Source of the DNA: Bigelowiella natans CCMP2755
Taxonomy: Eukaryota; Protista; Cercozoa
Assembly (NCBI GenBank): GCA_000320545.1
Contig: ADNK01000260.1
Location: 108,281-172,280, forward strand
Direction: 5' to 3'
Length of the DNA stretch: 64,000 nt
The position numbers and the translations under genes were made by a program. The notes under the pieces are model-generated. The model made no database searches. It was not told where the DNA came from and worked only from the letters and a program-made list of their open reading frames with translations. Positions within the stretch are counted from its first letter, which is position 1. Each line of letters starts with the position of its first letter. Of this stretch, positions 37,266 to 52,120 are shown piece by piece.

Positions 37266-39949
37266 ATGGGGAAAAGGAACAAAGGACACAAAGCGCGGAA
37301 GAAGAAAAAGTCACAGGTAGGGACGCAGGACAATCTCCCTAATCGTCCTCGGTCAGAGCAAGAGCTAAAACTCAACATTCGAAGGGCGGAGGTATGTCAC
37401 TTTCAAATGACGTTCGTGATCAAGTGTTGTTGTCTGTTGCTCGTTGTTAAATCCTAATCACTAATCCATGAACACACGCCTTTTTAGACTGTATTATTAT
37501 CATTATTGTTATTATTATTACCTCGCAATTTAGGCAAGTATGACGGCCTCGTTGGTAAAAAATATTTTTAATCTAGGAGGAAGCACACAAAATACATGTG
37601 TGTGTGTGTGTGTGTGTGTGTGCATACATATATGCATAATTTCACATCTGTAAACACATTTATTTCGAAGGGAACACAGAAACATCTTTATGCTTGTGAA
37701 TATGTGTACGCATCTTAATTGTTCATAATGCCATTGAAGCTCCCGTATGCGAAAGACGGATCAACAAAAGCTATGGTAAAGATATCTCTCGGGCATAGGC
37801 ATACGAGCAATGAAAGAATCTGCTTCGTATGCGTAGGCTTCTCTTGCCCAAGCATATCACAAAGGAAAGGGAGTTAAAAAAAATATGGACAAGGCAATTA
37901 AGCTCTACACTGAAGCTGCCAGCGCTAAGAAGAAGCCCTCAATTACTGCTGCTTACAATCTAGGTATGGATGAAACGAAATAATATATTCCCCAAGTAAG
38001 CTCTTCTATCATTTTACGTATTAAAACAGCGTCAATTCTCAACGAACGCGAATCCCCTGATGTTGCTATTCCATGGTATGCTTGACTCAACACGATGACA
38101 AAAAAAATCTAATTCAGTATTTTATTTATGTATATAGGGTTGATTCTACTGTCTCTACCAGAAACGTAAAATTGCTTACGCGTTGTATTTTGTTCTAGGT
38201 TTCAAAAGGCTGCCAGCTATGAAATAGATTTAAGAAACAAACGGAATGTTGGTGGGCACAGTTGATAATTGTCACTTTGCTGAAGATCACAAACAACTCA
38301 AACAACATTATGCAGGTGAGGAAGTTGTGGAAGTGGCGATGTCAAATTTTGTATTGGGGACCCTATACGAGGGGAAAACAAACTTAGCGATAAAATGGGA
38401 GAAAGACTTAGTGAAATCCTTGCATCATTATCAAAAGGTACTTCTAATTGTTCAGATTCAGTGTTCCAAAGTAGATGCATTGGGAATGTCTATAATGTGA
38501 CCACATAGGCTGCCGCCCTTCATCATGGACAGTCTGCCTTTAATCTTGCAACGTTGCTAGTTTCCTGTGAAAACGAAGAGGTCAACAAAATACGTCTAAA
38601 GAACATCTAAAGAAAAATGAGATCATTGCTAGTTAAGTTGTGGAATTGTAAGAAGTGCGATCCGTTGTTGAGGTACGTGATCGGAAGGAGGCATTAAAAT
38701 GGTACACAGAAGCTGCAAATCAAGGTTTATTTGTTTTGTCTAACTTTCCAAAATGTTGGATCCCTGGAAACATGTTCCTTCGTTGTGAAAAGGCATCGCT
38801 GCTGCTGCCTTCATGCTTGCGCAAATGTACCAACAAGGAGAGGTATTTTTTTTCCAGGAATGCAGAACACTATTGGATGAGTTGTGCTGACTAATTTCAC
38901 TAGGGGACCCAAAAAAATCCCAAAGCAGCCCTCAGATGGGCAAAAAAGGCACATGCGGGGGGTAACATTTTACAGACTTTTGCAAAGGACTGTACCCATC
39001 TTAGGAAAACTTTTGAAATCTCCCCTAAAGGTGTTCAGCGTGCAAGAGATCTCTATCTCAAAATTGAACAGGATAATCAAGAGAGGAGAAGAAAGATTCA
39101 TGATATTGAAAGTCGCCTTTCCGAGCTTGAAGCTATACGGGAAATGCTAGATAATGAGGACAATGAAGAGGTAGCTCGCTTTCTAAAATATACTAAAATT
39201 TTGGAATGAAAAACTAAAAAAGTCCCATAAATTTGTGCAATTGGTGGAATAGAAGCGTGATCAAACATTTTTTATCGGTACTTCTCCTAATAATTTTTGT
39301 GTTGACATTATCCTTGGAGTAGGCAGGTATTACTTTGTACAAGATAAATCCAGGATATAGGTGACCAATGCCAAAATTTCAGTCACGGACTAACGGTGTC
39401 ATTCATTTATGTCAATGTAGGTTCAGCATTCGTCGCAAGCCAACAGAAGATCCGGGCTGTAGAACTGGTCGGTCATGCTTATACGTTATGAAAAGTCGAG
39501 CATTTTCTCACGGACGAATCATTTGTTGCATACTAGTCAATTTTAGAATTCTCTAAATTTTATCTTGACACTTTATACTGTCTCAGGCGAGATTTTGGAA
39601 CCGAATACTATTTTTAAGGTTAAAAAAGTGATCAAACGTGAGGTAGGACACACTCACTGATGCAAAACTTATTCTCAATAAAAATATGCATTCGGGTATT
39701 AAACATGGACTAGCCCGATGCCATGCTTCGGAATGTATAAATAGGATGACGGTGCATTTAAAAATATTTTTCTACTACTAGAGTTCCGAGATGGTAACTG
39801 CTCAAACTTTCTTGGAATTGGCTGATGGTAGTGGATGGGCATTTACAGATCATCCAAAATCGAATTCGATTAAGCTTGTCAGTAAAATTTCGACAAAGCT
39901 CAGCAAATCAAAGAGTCACCACGATAGCATGGAGCGGTTGCTGTCATAA
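37266..39949 (+). CDS. Sel1-like repeat protein with coiled coil and C-terminal SH3-like module
   Basis: LAQAYHKGKGVKKNMDKAIKLYTEAA, LGTLYEG...KDLVKSLHHYQK|AAALHHGQSAFNLA and DRKEALKWYTEAANQG (Sel1). Terminal exons IRRKP...|GEILEPNTIFKV...|FLELADGSGWAF, stop at 39947-39949. Confidence 0.75.
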
Positions 39950-40791
39950 TTGCTCAGCATTTAATTTTAGTTGCGTTCAGAAAGCATCATCAGCTTCACA
40001 AAATGATGAGTCAACAAACCGCAATCCATGCATGAATTTCCTGTAGATCCCATACAGCCCATACAGCGTAAATGTTGAAGCCCGCTAGCCCGGGACGCGC
40101 GGAATGGTTAGACTCCCTCTGTGTCATAATTGTCATTGTCTACTTCTCTAGCTGTGCTTGCCAGCGCTAGCGTGCATTCAATGAAAGGTAATGCCACACA
40201 CCACATTGCAGTCCATGTTTCATGTGCTCTTTGTTTTTCCATGTGACAACTGCACTGCATCTTGCTAGCTTGCTAGCTTGCTAGCAAGCTAGCAACCTAT
40301 CCCGCGCATGATGTGACATGCACACGGCATGCAACTAGTTCTAGCTAGACATGCTAGAGACGGAGGAGAACTAGAACACAAACACAAACACAAACACGTT
40401 GCAAAGTGACAACACACATGCTAGCATGCCATGATTATGCCTAGCTAGCTAGATGGATGCGTCACGTCGTTGCAGCTGGCTAGCTGGGGCCGAAAATGAG
40501 GATGCATGATGACGACTAGATGAGTCTAGTGAGTGCGGCATGCATGCAATCGTATTAAGTGCTGCGATTCATCAATCGCAGCAGTAAGACAACATTGCTA
40601 GACTGCATCGCTGAACAGACGCATCCAGCCATCTATCCATGCATGTGCGAAAGGCTGGTGTCCACACAACAAGACTAGGAAGTACACGCTCATTGTCTAG
40701 ATTGCTCCCTCAAATTTTCTTACGGTGTACATGCCTTGTGCATTCTCTAGGTTTTCGCGGGTTAGAAGATCTTACATCATCAAAATTTCAT

Positions 40792-41447
40792 TCATTGCTT
40801 ATTATCATCCAGGTCCTCCGCACGAACAAGGAGCTGGAGAACTTTCCGCCCTTGTATCCACTCGTCGTAGCGCTTGTTCCATCCGTGGTAATGGACCTAC
40901 AAATACAGAGAAATTGGGTAAGAATTATGGCAGATGCATGATAAGAAGAGATCGTCACTGCATGAAGAAGACGCGTCTCATTAGCACGGTTTTTGAATGG
41001 GGAATAACCACAAAAAATGGCAATGACAGCAGCGTTAGCAGTAGAAACATTCGCCCCTACCTTATATCGTGCTCGTGCGGTTGTAGAAGGCCCTTTGGGC
41101 CTGCCTGGCAGCATCTTTATCTCGAGTATGAATGCTTCGTAAGCGCGCTCTCCGTTCTGGCAAAGGACCTGGTGATTGATAGCAATGGACAACATAACGA
41201 CAGGGGCCAACGGCGAAGAACAACAACTCCTCGCTTCATTTGAGTGTGGTTTGATGCAACCTTTCATGTAAAAGGGGAAAACGCTACACGAACACGGAGT
41301 ATGTGCTGTCGCCCAAGGCTTTTGTGAATGCCCTCACAAGCGCAACATTGTCTATGCTATTTGTTTTTGTAAGACTACACCACAATGAAGCATGGACTTC
41401 ATCCAACTTCTTCATTCTTCTTTCCCTCCCCCTCTATCTCTCTTACA

Positions 41448-41488
<41 letters not shown>

Positions 41489-41851
41489 CATTCATTGTAC
41501 AGCAAGCACGAGGGTGGAGCGCGGCAGGACCGAACCTTATCACCAATGCCGATGGGTCTTTTAAGCTTGGAAGGCGAGTAGTTCTTGTCTAGAAGTTTCG
41601 CGCGCTGTAAATCCTTCAGCAGCACCCCCTTTTTCTTCTTCCGTGCGGCTGCTCGGTTCAAAGCGAGTTTCTTCTTCAAGCTCAGCTCCGCGCTATGCGC
41701 TTTGCCACCTGACAACGGCGATGCTGTGGAGGCGGCCGCCGACGACGAAGAAGCTATGTTGCTAATCGCAGCTTCGATATCTAGCGTGCCCATCAAGACA
41801 GAAATGGGGGAAGGTTTGGGAGGAGGAGACGTTGGTGACTGAGTCCCTTGC

Positions 41852-41884
<33 letters not shown>

Positions 41885-42255
41885 ATTGTATTTTTTCGCC
41901 TTGGCCTTTTGTGCCCTTCCGCGCCAGCAGGTTGCAGCAGATGGCCGTGCTCGGGGTCTTGATCATCGTCAATATCGTCGTCGATGTCGTCGCTCTCATC
42001 GTCATCTTCGTCTTCGTATTTACTGTATCCTCTCGGATGAGAGGCCTCCTCATCTCCCTGCATTTCACTATCTAATGCCCCCCGCATGCTGGAGTTTGAG
42101 GTAGCTAATTGCCTCTTGGACGCAGCAGCAGCAGCACCAGCAGCAGCACCAGCAGGAGGAGGAGCTTCAGATGAGAAAGATTCTTCCATCTTCATCACAT
42201 AGCTCTTACCATCCTTCGTAGTGGAGGGAGGCTGCGGTCTCTTCTGCGCGCACAA

Positions 42256-42299
<44 letters not shown>

Positions 42300-43525
42300 T
42301 CGCTTCATGCTTGTTTGCTGGTGCTGTTATCGGTTTGGTTTTGGCGACTGCCTTCGGTACGGATGAAAGAATGCAAGCATAGTGCATGTGTGCGTGTTTC
42401 TCGAGATTCATATGCATCATGGTCTTACTACAGCATACACAAATTGGGCCAACCCCCCCTCCCCCCCCCACATGAAGAACCAATCTTTCAAAAAGAAAAA
42501 AAAGAGCTATTTGGGGTGGGAGGAATATACCGTCGAGGAAGATGAAGAGGCCAACAAGCCCTCATTAGCTGCTGCCGCAGCTCTATCTTGACCCGTCATA
42601 CCAGCATAATTCTTCCTCGCTGATGGCGTTGTCATCGTCGCGGCTGCTCTCTGTGCATCGTCGGTGCCTGTATTTGCTGGAAAGTTACTTCTTGGCAGGG
42701 CAAAGGGAACCTTCCTCCTTCCGCGCTTGCCCCCATCTATACCGTGTGGTTTGAATGAAGATGATGGTGGTTGCGAGGGAGCAGCAGCTACGAGACTGGC
42801 TGAAGAGGAGGAGTTGCCCCCCCCGCGCACCCCTGCTGCTGCTACCCTGGATACAGCAGCGAGACTGATGGGATTCTCGATGCGAATGAACGTTAGCGAC
42901 CTCCGGGAAGTAGTAGCAGCAGTAGTAGGTGTAGCAGTGGTAGTAGTGGCAGTAGTGGTGGCGGCGGTGCGTGTGTGAGGAGGAAAGGAGGAGAGGGAGG
43001 AGGAGGAGGAAGAGGAAGAGGAGGAAGCGAGGGATGTGCTTATGGTGGTTGCGGGGATCCAAGGGGAGGAGGAGGAAGAAGAAGAAGAAGAAGAAGCAGA
43101 AGAGAGAGGAAGCTTCTTCAAAACTACAACCAGCCCCTTCCTCCTCTTGTGAGTCTTGCTTCGCTGATGAGAGGAGGAGGAGGAGGAGGAGGAGGAGGAG
43201 GAGGAGGAGGAAGCTGAAGAAGAGAGAAATTGCTGCTTGCGTTTTCTCGATGCCTCCGCTTGTTGCGTGGCAGTAGCAGCAGCAGCGGCGCTCTCACGAG
43301 GACCAGGAAGGAGCGGGTAATCAACTTCGTCAGGAGGGAGAGGAGGGAGGTTAAGCTGTTTCTTCGCTGCAGCCTGCTTGGCCTCCCTTAGCACCTTACG
43401 AATGATAGTCTCCAACTGAGATACCGGGATTCCCATCAATACCTTTTCAGGAAGGGGGGGGGGGAGGAGGAGGAGGAGGAGGAAAGGAGGTAAGATTGGG
43501 TGATTATGCTCTGGTGTCCGTAGTA

Positions 43526-43562
<37 letters not shown>

Positions 43563-44315
43563 GTGGTAGTGGTAGTAGAGGATAAGATATAACCAATCAC
43601 TACCATCATCATCATCATCATCATCATTCATTGCATCAGCCAGAGCGACAATGGCATGTAATCTATCACCATCAGGCAACTAATAATATCGAGATGTAGT
43701 AGTAGTTGTAGTAGTAGTAGTAGCAGTAGTCGTTGTAGTGGGAGGAGTAGTAGTCTTTGTAGTAGTAGCAGCAGCAGCGTCAATAATAATACCGTTCTTC
43801 TTGTCTGTTGGAATACTTGGTTACTGGCCTTGTCGAGCCGTGTTTTGGCCACTTCTCTATGCTGCACAAGCGTTAGTAACTGCCGCGCCTTTAACAGCTC
43901 CTGCCTCAAAACCAGCTTTGGGAACAGGAGGAGGAAGAGAGAGTGGAAAGGGGGAGAGAGGGAAGGGGGAGGAGAGCGACGACGATGAATATGCGGCGCA
44001 CATCGAGGTAGCACAATCACGTAGAAAGACGTTCTCACCGTCGTTTATTGATTGGTTGATTGGTTGATTGGTTGATTGATTGACCAAAGGTGCTTGTAAC
44101 GTACCATCCGTATGTAGGATTCTGGCAGGTTGTTGCGTTGTCGCCTTAGAATCAAGAGAGGCGTGTGCTCCAAGCAGCACGTCGTGTGCAGCTGTGCATT
44201 GGAGTTGTAGCCGCTCGCCTTCGCGCCCATGTAGCTGCCGGAAAGCAGTCCGCACATGACCTGGCAAACGCAGAGTAGTGGAAGATCATCATCATCGTCA
44301 TGATCACCGTCATCG

Positions 44316-44354
<39 letters not shown>

Positions 44355-45009
44355 CACGGTGCGAAGAACATACGTGGAAGTTCTTGTCGCACTCCTCTGC
44401 GCAATCGAGGCATGCCCCCTGCCTCTGGTTACATAGGTAGCAGCGGTGATGAAACCTGGTGGTGGTGGTGGTGGGGGTAGCGGGTTTGAGAAGAATTGGG
44501 GGGGGGGGGCGGACGATGATAATGAGGAGGATGATGATGACAATACTGATGTTCATGATGATGACGACGTTGATAGTCACCACGACAAATATAAGAGAAA
44601 TAAGACTTCAGTACCACACTACTATAACTCCTATTCAAGAAACTCCGTTTTGGTGGTAGTAATAGTAGCAGCAGCAGTAGTAGTAGTAGTAGTAGTAGTA
44701 GTAGTCGTGAAGCACGCGCACCTCGACTTGGGTATATCTGATAGGCCTATAGGGGTCATCTTCTCCACATCGTAGATACAAGCTTCCGGAATCCAGCGCG
44801 CACACGCCACATGCACCCACTTGTTGTCCATTGTTGGCTAGTAAAGCAACACACACACACACACACACACGCGCACACACACACACGCACACACGCACAC
44901 ATCGTCATTTAGAGAACTCCTAGATACAACATATTATACGTTCCATATTTATATGGAAGGCGAAGTACACGTCCTGAGAGACCGCTCCGAGTAAACGTGA
45001 GCTTGTGAG

Positions 45010-45081
<72 letters not shown>

Positions 45082-46227
45082 CTTCCTCTTTCAGTACCAT
45101 AATTTAAAAAAAACAAAACAAAAAATAAATAAAACCAAACAAAATCGAGTTTCGTACCGCGGTAAACAACGCAAAATATCGCTATTGCTAGTAGCAGCAG
45201 CAGCAGCAGCAGTATAAGCGCATGGACGAGGATCTACCTTGAAGGCCCCCCCCCTCCTCGGGCAAAGGGCGCAGGACACCGGCTTGACTCGGTTCTTTCT
45301 CGATTTGCATCGATCACACGTCCACTGCTCTCCCTCTGGAAAGTCTCGCGGCACCCCGTAGCACTCCATGTGCGTCTCGACGTTGCATTTCACACACCGC
45401 ACCAACCGGTTGATGCCTCCCTTGCCATCGCTGCTGGGGATGTCCCCCTGTGTCGTTTTGGTGACGATGATGACGACGGCGGTGGGGAGGGGGGGGGTGA
45501 ATCATATGGAAAAAATTGTGAGGCTATTATTCATTGAAATAACGGGTTTCTTCGCGAAGGGAAGATCATTTTATTAGGGCGTGAGCAAGCAAATACTATG
45601 TGAAATTTGTTCTTATAACGCGCCGTGGGTCGAGAATCACCATCGGAGTCTTTCCCTACTTTCACCCGAACGAATCACACCGCTACAACTTCCATAACCA
45701 ACACACACACACAATGACGTACGACTGGCTAATGGTGCCGCACGCAACACCACCTTGACAAAGCACACAGCGCATCTGTTTGGCTCATAGAGATCCTGGC
45801 AAGAAGCAGCAGCACCGGTAGGGAAGGGGGGGGGGGGGGGGGATAGGAGGGGGGGAGGGAATCAGAGACGAATGATGGCGACGACGATGACGAAGAAGAA
45901 GTAGAAAATGCATAGATGAAAGAGAATCATCGTGTTTATCATCATTCCAGCAAAGCCATTGCCATCCTCATAATCCTTGTACCTCGATGAGCTCCTGCTG
46001 CTGCATTTTCTCGAGGTGTCTTTGGCGTGTTTTGTTGCGAAATTGCAGTTGTCGTTTCTGACCCAGAGCTCGCACGGACACCTGTCTTTGCTTGTCGCGG
46101 GTGGCGGATACGCCTGCATATTTGCGGCGTCAATTGTTGTCACGGAAAACCAGGGATTGTTATCGTTTGGTGAGTATATTCGCCTCCATTCGTATGTGCA
46201 TGCGAACGCGCGCGTGTGATATAACAT

Positions 46228-46269
<42 letters not shown>

Positions 46270-48580
46270 TCTGACTGACCTTTTGGCACGTGGGAGTCAC
46301 AGTAGATGGTGAAAGATAACTCCTCTCGCATCTTTGTTGTTGACGATGCTGCCTTGTTGTTTTTTTTCTTCTTCTTCTTCTTCTTCGTCGCCTTCTTCGC
46401 AACGGTCATGTAAGCACCGTTGTACCTTTTTGGTTTCAGTCCAAAAGGGAAAAAAGGGAATCAACACAATCGTTTTTTTAAAAAGCAAGAGGGGGAGGAC
46501 TGTTCGTACAAATCGCACAGCTTAGTACAGGATTGAACAGCGCTATTTTTACATTTGGGAATACTAATCATGATGATGATGATAATTGATGATGGTGGTG
46601 ATGATGATGATGATGAAGATGAGAAATAAACTGCTAAATTTCGCCGTCTTCAATCACGACTCCCCCAATGGCCTCGCTGAGACTCCCGCATTGACTCGCT
46701 GTCTATCATGAATTTTCCGACTTGCCCACAACTTCTACGGAAAAACGCTCTACTACTAACGTCGAGATGAAATGGCCACTCTACCATGCACAGAGCGGGT
46801 GAAAGCTGCGTGGGCAGTTCTTTGCCGCACAGCGCACGGTAGCTCCGACGGTCTCCTTGCAGATCTTTAATTTTGCCATAACCAGCAGCACGAGGAGGGG
46901 GGGGGGGGGGGGGGGGGAAAAATATGGGGTTGCTTATTTGCATGTCTTTCCGAGCATTGAAGAGGGGAGAGAGAATGAAATTTTGGGACAGAGGGAATAA
47001 GGGGGGAGGGGGGGGGGACGGCGGAGGTTTGGAAGTAACTAAGTGGCACTTGCACAGATTTTTGATGAAAATATAATTGCGAATTTTACAGAGTCCTTCG
47101 TAGCCGAAAACACCACGGCTAAAGGGCATTGCATGCATTGGCGTTGTTGATATTCAGTAGTCTCTTATCATTCGTTGATAGGGTCTGTGATGATGATGAT
47201 GACGACGATGATGATGATGATGATATCTAATTGCATACTCGGCAGGTAGCGGTCGGGTCATGTTGCATCGCCTCTTGAGCGTCACGCAAAACAGCACCCA
47301 CGTTCCTGATCTCCCCCATCGACTTCACGTCACCGATCTTTTGCCATTATCAAAACCAAGAGATAGCATCAAGGAGAATGGATTCGGAGGTTAGGGGGGG
47401 GGGGAGGGAAATGGCGGGAAAAAGGAGGAGGAGGAGAAGGAGAGGGGGCCAGGAAGGCGAAGCTATAATAACCTCTTATCACTAGCACTATATTGTGATC
47501 ATATACTCTATCTTTCTCATTCTACCGCACCATTCTGTGGAGCTACTCCTCCTACCCCCCCCCACCCCCACCCCCCAAAAAAAAACTCCCCACATCATCA
47601 TCATCATCAATCAACCGCAGGGGGGGCTCCATCATGACGTATAGCTACGAACAAAACAGCAGCAGCACACCTCTACACGGGGGTGCCATAGCGCACATGC
47701 GATATGAACCCACGATGACGCCGTTCCATCATCAGCAACCGTTGGTTTCAAAGCTCCTCCGGAAACCTTAAAGGGTAGTGGGGGGGGGGGGGTCATTATA
47801 AAATAGAAGCAGGCTCTTGAAGAATTTCACGAGTAAGAGGCTCGTTGAAAATGTTAGCGGCGGGGGGATAATCTCCAACTGTGTTTATAGCTTCCAACAG
47901 CCACTACCATCAATACTAAAAATAACCTAACCCCTCTCCCCCCCCACACGTCAACTACCACAACACTGACACTACCACTACTGCTACCACTAGTAATAAT
48001 AATAATAATAATAATACTATTACTACCGGGCATAAGACGCAGCTGTGCGTATTTGTAGATCCAATCGGTGGCCCTTTATATCGTCGTGTTTAATCGTCGT
48101 GTTTAATCGTCGTATCAGTATTGGCAAGAAGCTTGTTCAGAGATGTATGTAGTCGTTGATGATGATAATGATGATGATAATGATATTGATGATGATGATT
48201 CTTATTATACTGCTAGCAGATCGATTTCGACAAAGCAATCGGAATGGAAAATCCTTTTTTACGAAAAAGATGAAAACAGGAAAGAGCGATGGCGTGCGCC
48301 CCCTCCCCCCCCCTCTTCTCTCTTTTTTTTTCTCTGCTTCCCCTCTCAATCTCAAAACGACACCGATATCATACATACGTTGAGGACGCCTCCCCGCCTT
48401 AGCTCCAACGGGAGGGGCTAACGGCGCACACATGTCGCAGAACCATGAACCCAGTGGGATGCTCTTCACCTTTGGGGGGGGGGGGGGGGGGGTAGATTGA
48501 CGATTGGAAACGTTGAGGAAGACGATGATAATAATGTATTCAAACAAGACTGCAACACAGAACCCAGCGACTACACAACG

Positions 48581-48630
<50 letters not shown>

Positions 48631-49865
48631 AAATACGGTTGACAGCTAGGACAAGAAAAGGCAAAAGAAAAGACGAAGGAGAAGAAGATTTGCATTATTA
48701 TCTCCTCCTTCTCCTCCTCCTCCTCCTCCTCCTCCTACTACTACACCTCACGGCTATTTCTTGTGATTCCTACCCCATAGCAGTTCTTGTGGACAAATAC
48801 TCCACAGCGCGCGCAGGAGAACATTTGGTTGATCATCGTGCTTTCATCGCCAACCTCGAAGCACACGCTGCACGCACCCAACTCCTTAGTGCTGCCCCCT
48901 CCCGCTGCCGCAGCTGGCGGCGTTTTGCTCTTGGCGAGGATGGCGGCCGATTCGGATTGACCGAGGTCTCTCACGCCCTTGAAGAGCTTACGTTGCAGCT
49001 GCGTCCATGCATTGATAGCGGCGAACTCTTTCAGCTCCAAGGCCTCGCATCGTCGCTCCTCCTGCACTACTGCGGCCTTGTCGCCGGACTTCACCCTGCT
49101 CCGTATCTTGGCTGCATGTCTGCGGATGTTCGATGTGCACGCCACTAGCCTCTGGTGGAGAGCGGCAGTCTGCGAGTTCTGGCTTGAGGCGCTGCCACTC
49201 AGAGGAGATGGCCTCTCTCTCTTCTTGCGTGTGATCTTGGAGGATGCCTTTCTCTTCTTTGCAGAAGCAGACGGGGGCGGCGATGACTGGGGAGGGATGG
49301 GGGCGTGCATGCTGGTGAGCGCTTTTAGGCTTTGAAGGTCGCTGTCTTCCACTGGGCGAAAGTACCGCCTCTCCATCTCCGGCCAGAATGAGTTCCTGTT
49401 CAATGGCGCCTCTTTGGCGTTGTTGGGAGTTGGAACACTACCCAATTGAGATGACGACGACGACGACGAAAGCATCGTCACTTTAGGGCTACCAAACTTT
49501 CCCTCGCTGACACGGCTGCTGCCTCTGTTAGAGGGACTCTGCAGCATCGACAGCGAGTGTTGAGGGGTATGAACCGCCACGTCGCTGCTGAGCCCATTTG
49601 ACGTCTTCGCAGTGTTTGGAGTGGAAGGAGGACGACCGACCTTCTTCTTCCTACGTTTCTTCGTGGTTGGGGTAGACTTCACCTCTGCAGAGCATCGCTG
49701 CTGGAGTTGAAGCTTCTTCGATGATGAGGCAAAGTGCTGCTGCGCCCTCCCCCTTGTGCTCGCCCCTCCCCCCCCGGTTGAGTTATTTGCAGAGGAAGAC
49801 CCTCCTCGAGATGAGCGAGACTTGGAGGCTCCGTTTCCCTTCGAACGGGAACCGAAGTTGGCCAT
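40792..49865 (-). CDS. BRPF/Jade/Nto1-like chromatin reader with two PHD-zinc knuckle-PHD (PZP) modules and a C-terminal tudor-knot (chromo-barrel) domain
   Basis: PZP1: CSVCFE...[15 protein letters not shown]...WFCDMC, CVLCP|VSGGALKP...[12 protein letters not shown]2: [15 protein letters not shown]...[66 protein letters not shown]-terminus [15 protein letters not shown]...YK|[14 protein letters not shown], stop at 40792. Confidence 0.88.
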
Positions 49866-51642
49866 CCTTTGCCTTCCCTGTTCTGTTGATGGTGAGAGGG
49901 GAAACTTTGCTTCAAATCATTGTATTGTCGCAGAGTTGCGAAACTACCACACGATGAAGTCTCTCTCGCTCATGCTCCCTTCTCAGCCGTTCTCACGGAG
50001 AGGGAGTTGAGAACTCTTGTTAAGTCTTCTATAGCATGGGAGTGTCAACTTCTAACCTTTCTCCCCTACATTCCCTATCAGTCATTTCTCTTTCTTCTCT
50101 CTCTCTCTCTCGTTCTCTCCCTCATACCCACTCTATCTTTCCTTCCCCCGTAAACTAATCCGTCCAGCCGGCTAAAGAAGATACTACCGTGAGAACAAGA
50201 GCTCGGTGAGGTTTTAAAATGGGCGAAGCGGCACTGTATCTCCCCCAGTTTGTTCGTGAGTTAGTGAACTTGAGGGGGGAGGAGAAATCGTCAACGAAAA
50301 AGGCAGATATCACTTGGTGCAAATAGGAATAAAAATTACGATATTTATAGTATATTGCAACATATTTTATTCCCTCTTCTTCTATTAGGATGACTCAAAG
50401 TTCTGCATACGCCGCAGGAAGATCGAAATAAGTCAACACCGGATATATCTATGGAAAACTTTGAAATTGTTGGCGACCCCCACTTGCTAGTCTAAAGGCA
50501 ATTTTCCTCGCAGGCTCGTTTTATTATTGTCGTTAAATAAAAATCCGCGTCAGAATTTGAAGAAAGCGAATTTTCTTAACCAATATCCCACAAAGATTTA
50601 CCCAACAACCTCTGCGCAACAACAAAAGCAACAAAAATTACGTACGACACAGATACGAGAAATTCTTGGCTTTTTGGTTGGGTATAAACCGAAATCCCAG
50701 GCAATTTTTAATAGGCGGTAATCGATTTCGGGTTTAAACAAGAAAAATTAAACCCTGCAGATGAAAAGTGTTGAATATTTTCTGTGTCTGAAAGAGTCGA
50801 GTGACTTTCTTGCCGAACATCTTTCCGTGATTTGTAGTCTCAAAAATGTTCCGTCGTGCAAGGCTTCTCCCGCGACGACGGGCGGCCCTGCCCGGGCCCT
50901 CCTTTCCTTCCATCCCAGCCCAAGAAGGTTTCAAAGCCACCGTCTTTCTGCCTACCTTCTTTTACGCATAATGACCATGATTCTTCTCGATTTTCGTTGA
51001 CGAAGAAACAGCAAGGCTTCCATAATTCGTGCCGGTTATGGTGCCGAGCTACGATCGAGTGAGCGTCTTGTTCATCTAACGTGTGTACATCAAACCAGCG
51101 CGGAGGACTCGGGGTATACGGTCGCACCAGGCGAGCGCCGACAGTGGGTCATCGTCAGCAGCGGCCACAACAGCAACAGTGATGCGTGAAGCATATCTCG
51201 GGATAGGCACGAACGTGGGTGATCGAATGGCGAATGTCGCCGAGGCAATTCGGTATACGCAGACACATTCAAAAAATTCGCAGGGAGGCTAGAAAGTAGA
51301 GAAACGGCAGATGAAAGCGAAGGGAGCAAGACGAATCAGATCCAAGGGGGGGTGGGTGGTGGCCAAACACTTTTCTCCCTTTTCCCGCTTAAGCAAGCCT
51401 ATTCAGTATTATGCAAACGTGTTTTAATAGCTACTTCCATGCGCCCAATAGGCGGATAAATTCAATCGAAGGCACCAATGTCATTACCACCTCACAGCTT
51501 TACGAGTCAGCTCCAGCACACGTAGAGGTTAGGTTGTTTGTGTTGATTGAATTGAACCGTCAAGGGTAGAAACCATTTAGGGGACGATACCGCACAAAAT
51601 AGATATGATCCCGAACGCTCATGCCGCCAATTAAAAACACGG

Positions 51643-51704
<62 letters not shown>

Positions 51705-52039
51705 CATTCGATGGGAACAACTTCCTCGTCCTTACGTGGTTATCATTATTTACATCTTATACATCTTAAAAGTTTGGTTGCTTCGTTGTTCATTATTTTA
51801 CATCTTATATCTTAATAGTTTGTTTGCTTTTTTCTAATGGCGTCGTCTTGCAGGATCAGCCGATGTTTCTGAATGGTGCGGTGAGAGTCAATACGCAGCT
51901 GGATCCAGTGTCCTTAATGAAAGCACTACAGCACATCGAGGACACTATGGGTAGAGATCGCAGTCAAATCCGGTACTGCTGCTGTTTAACTGATGGTGTA
52001 GTAGGTATACATGCATGATGTGTTTGTCCACGGATTTCA

Positions 52040-52120
<81 letters not shown>

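Noticed and set aside
48080-48112. 13-bp tandem repeat (ATCGTCGTGTTTA) and a roughly 45-bp duplication at about 51745-51830
   Set aside because: Ordinary intronic slippage duplications with no sign of function.
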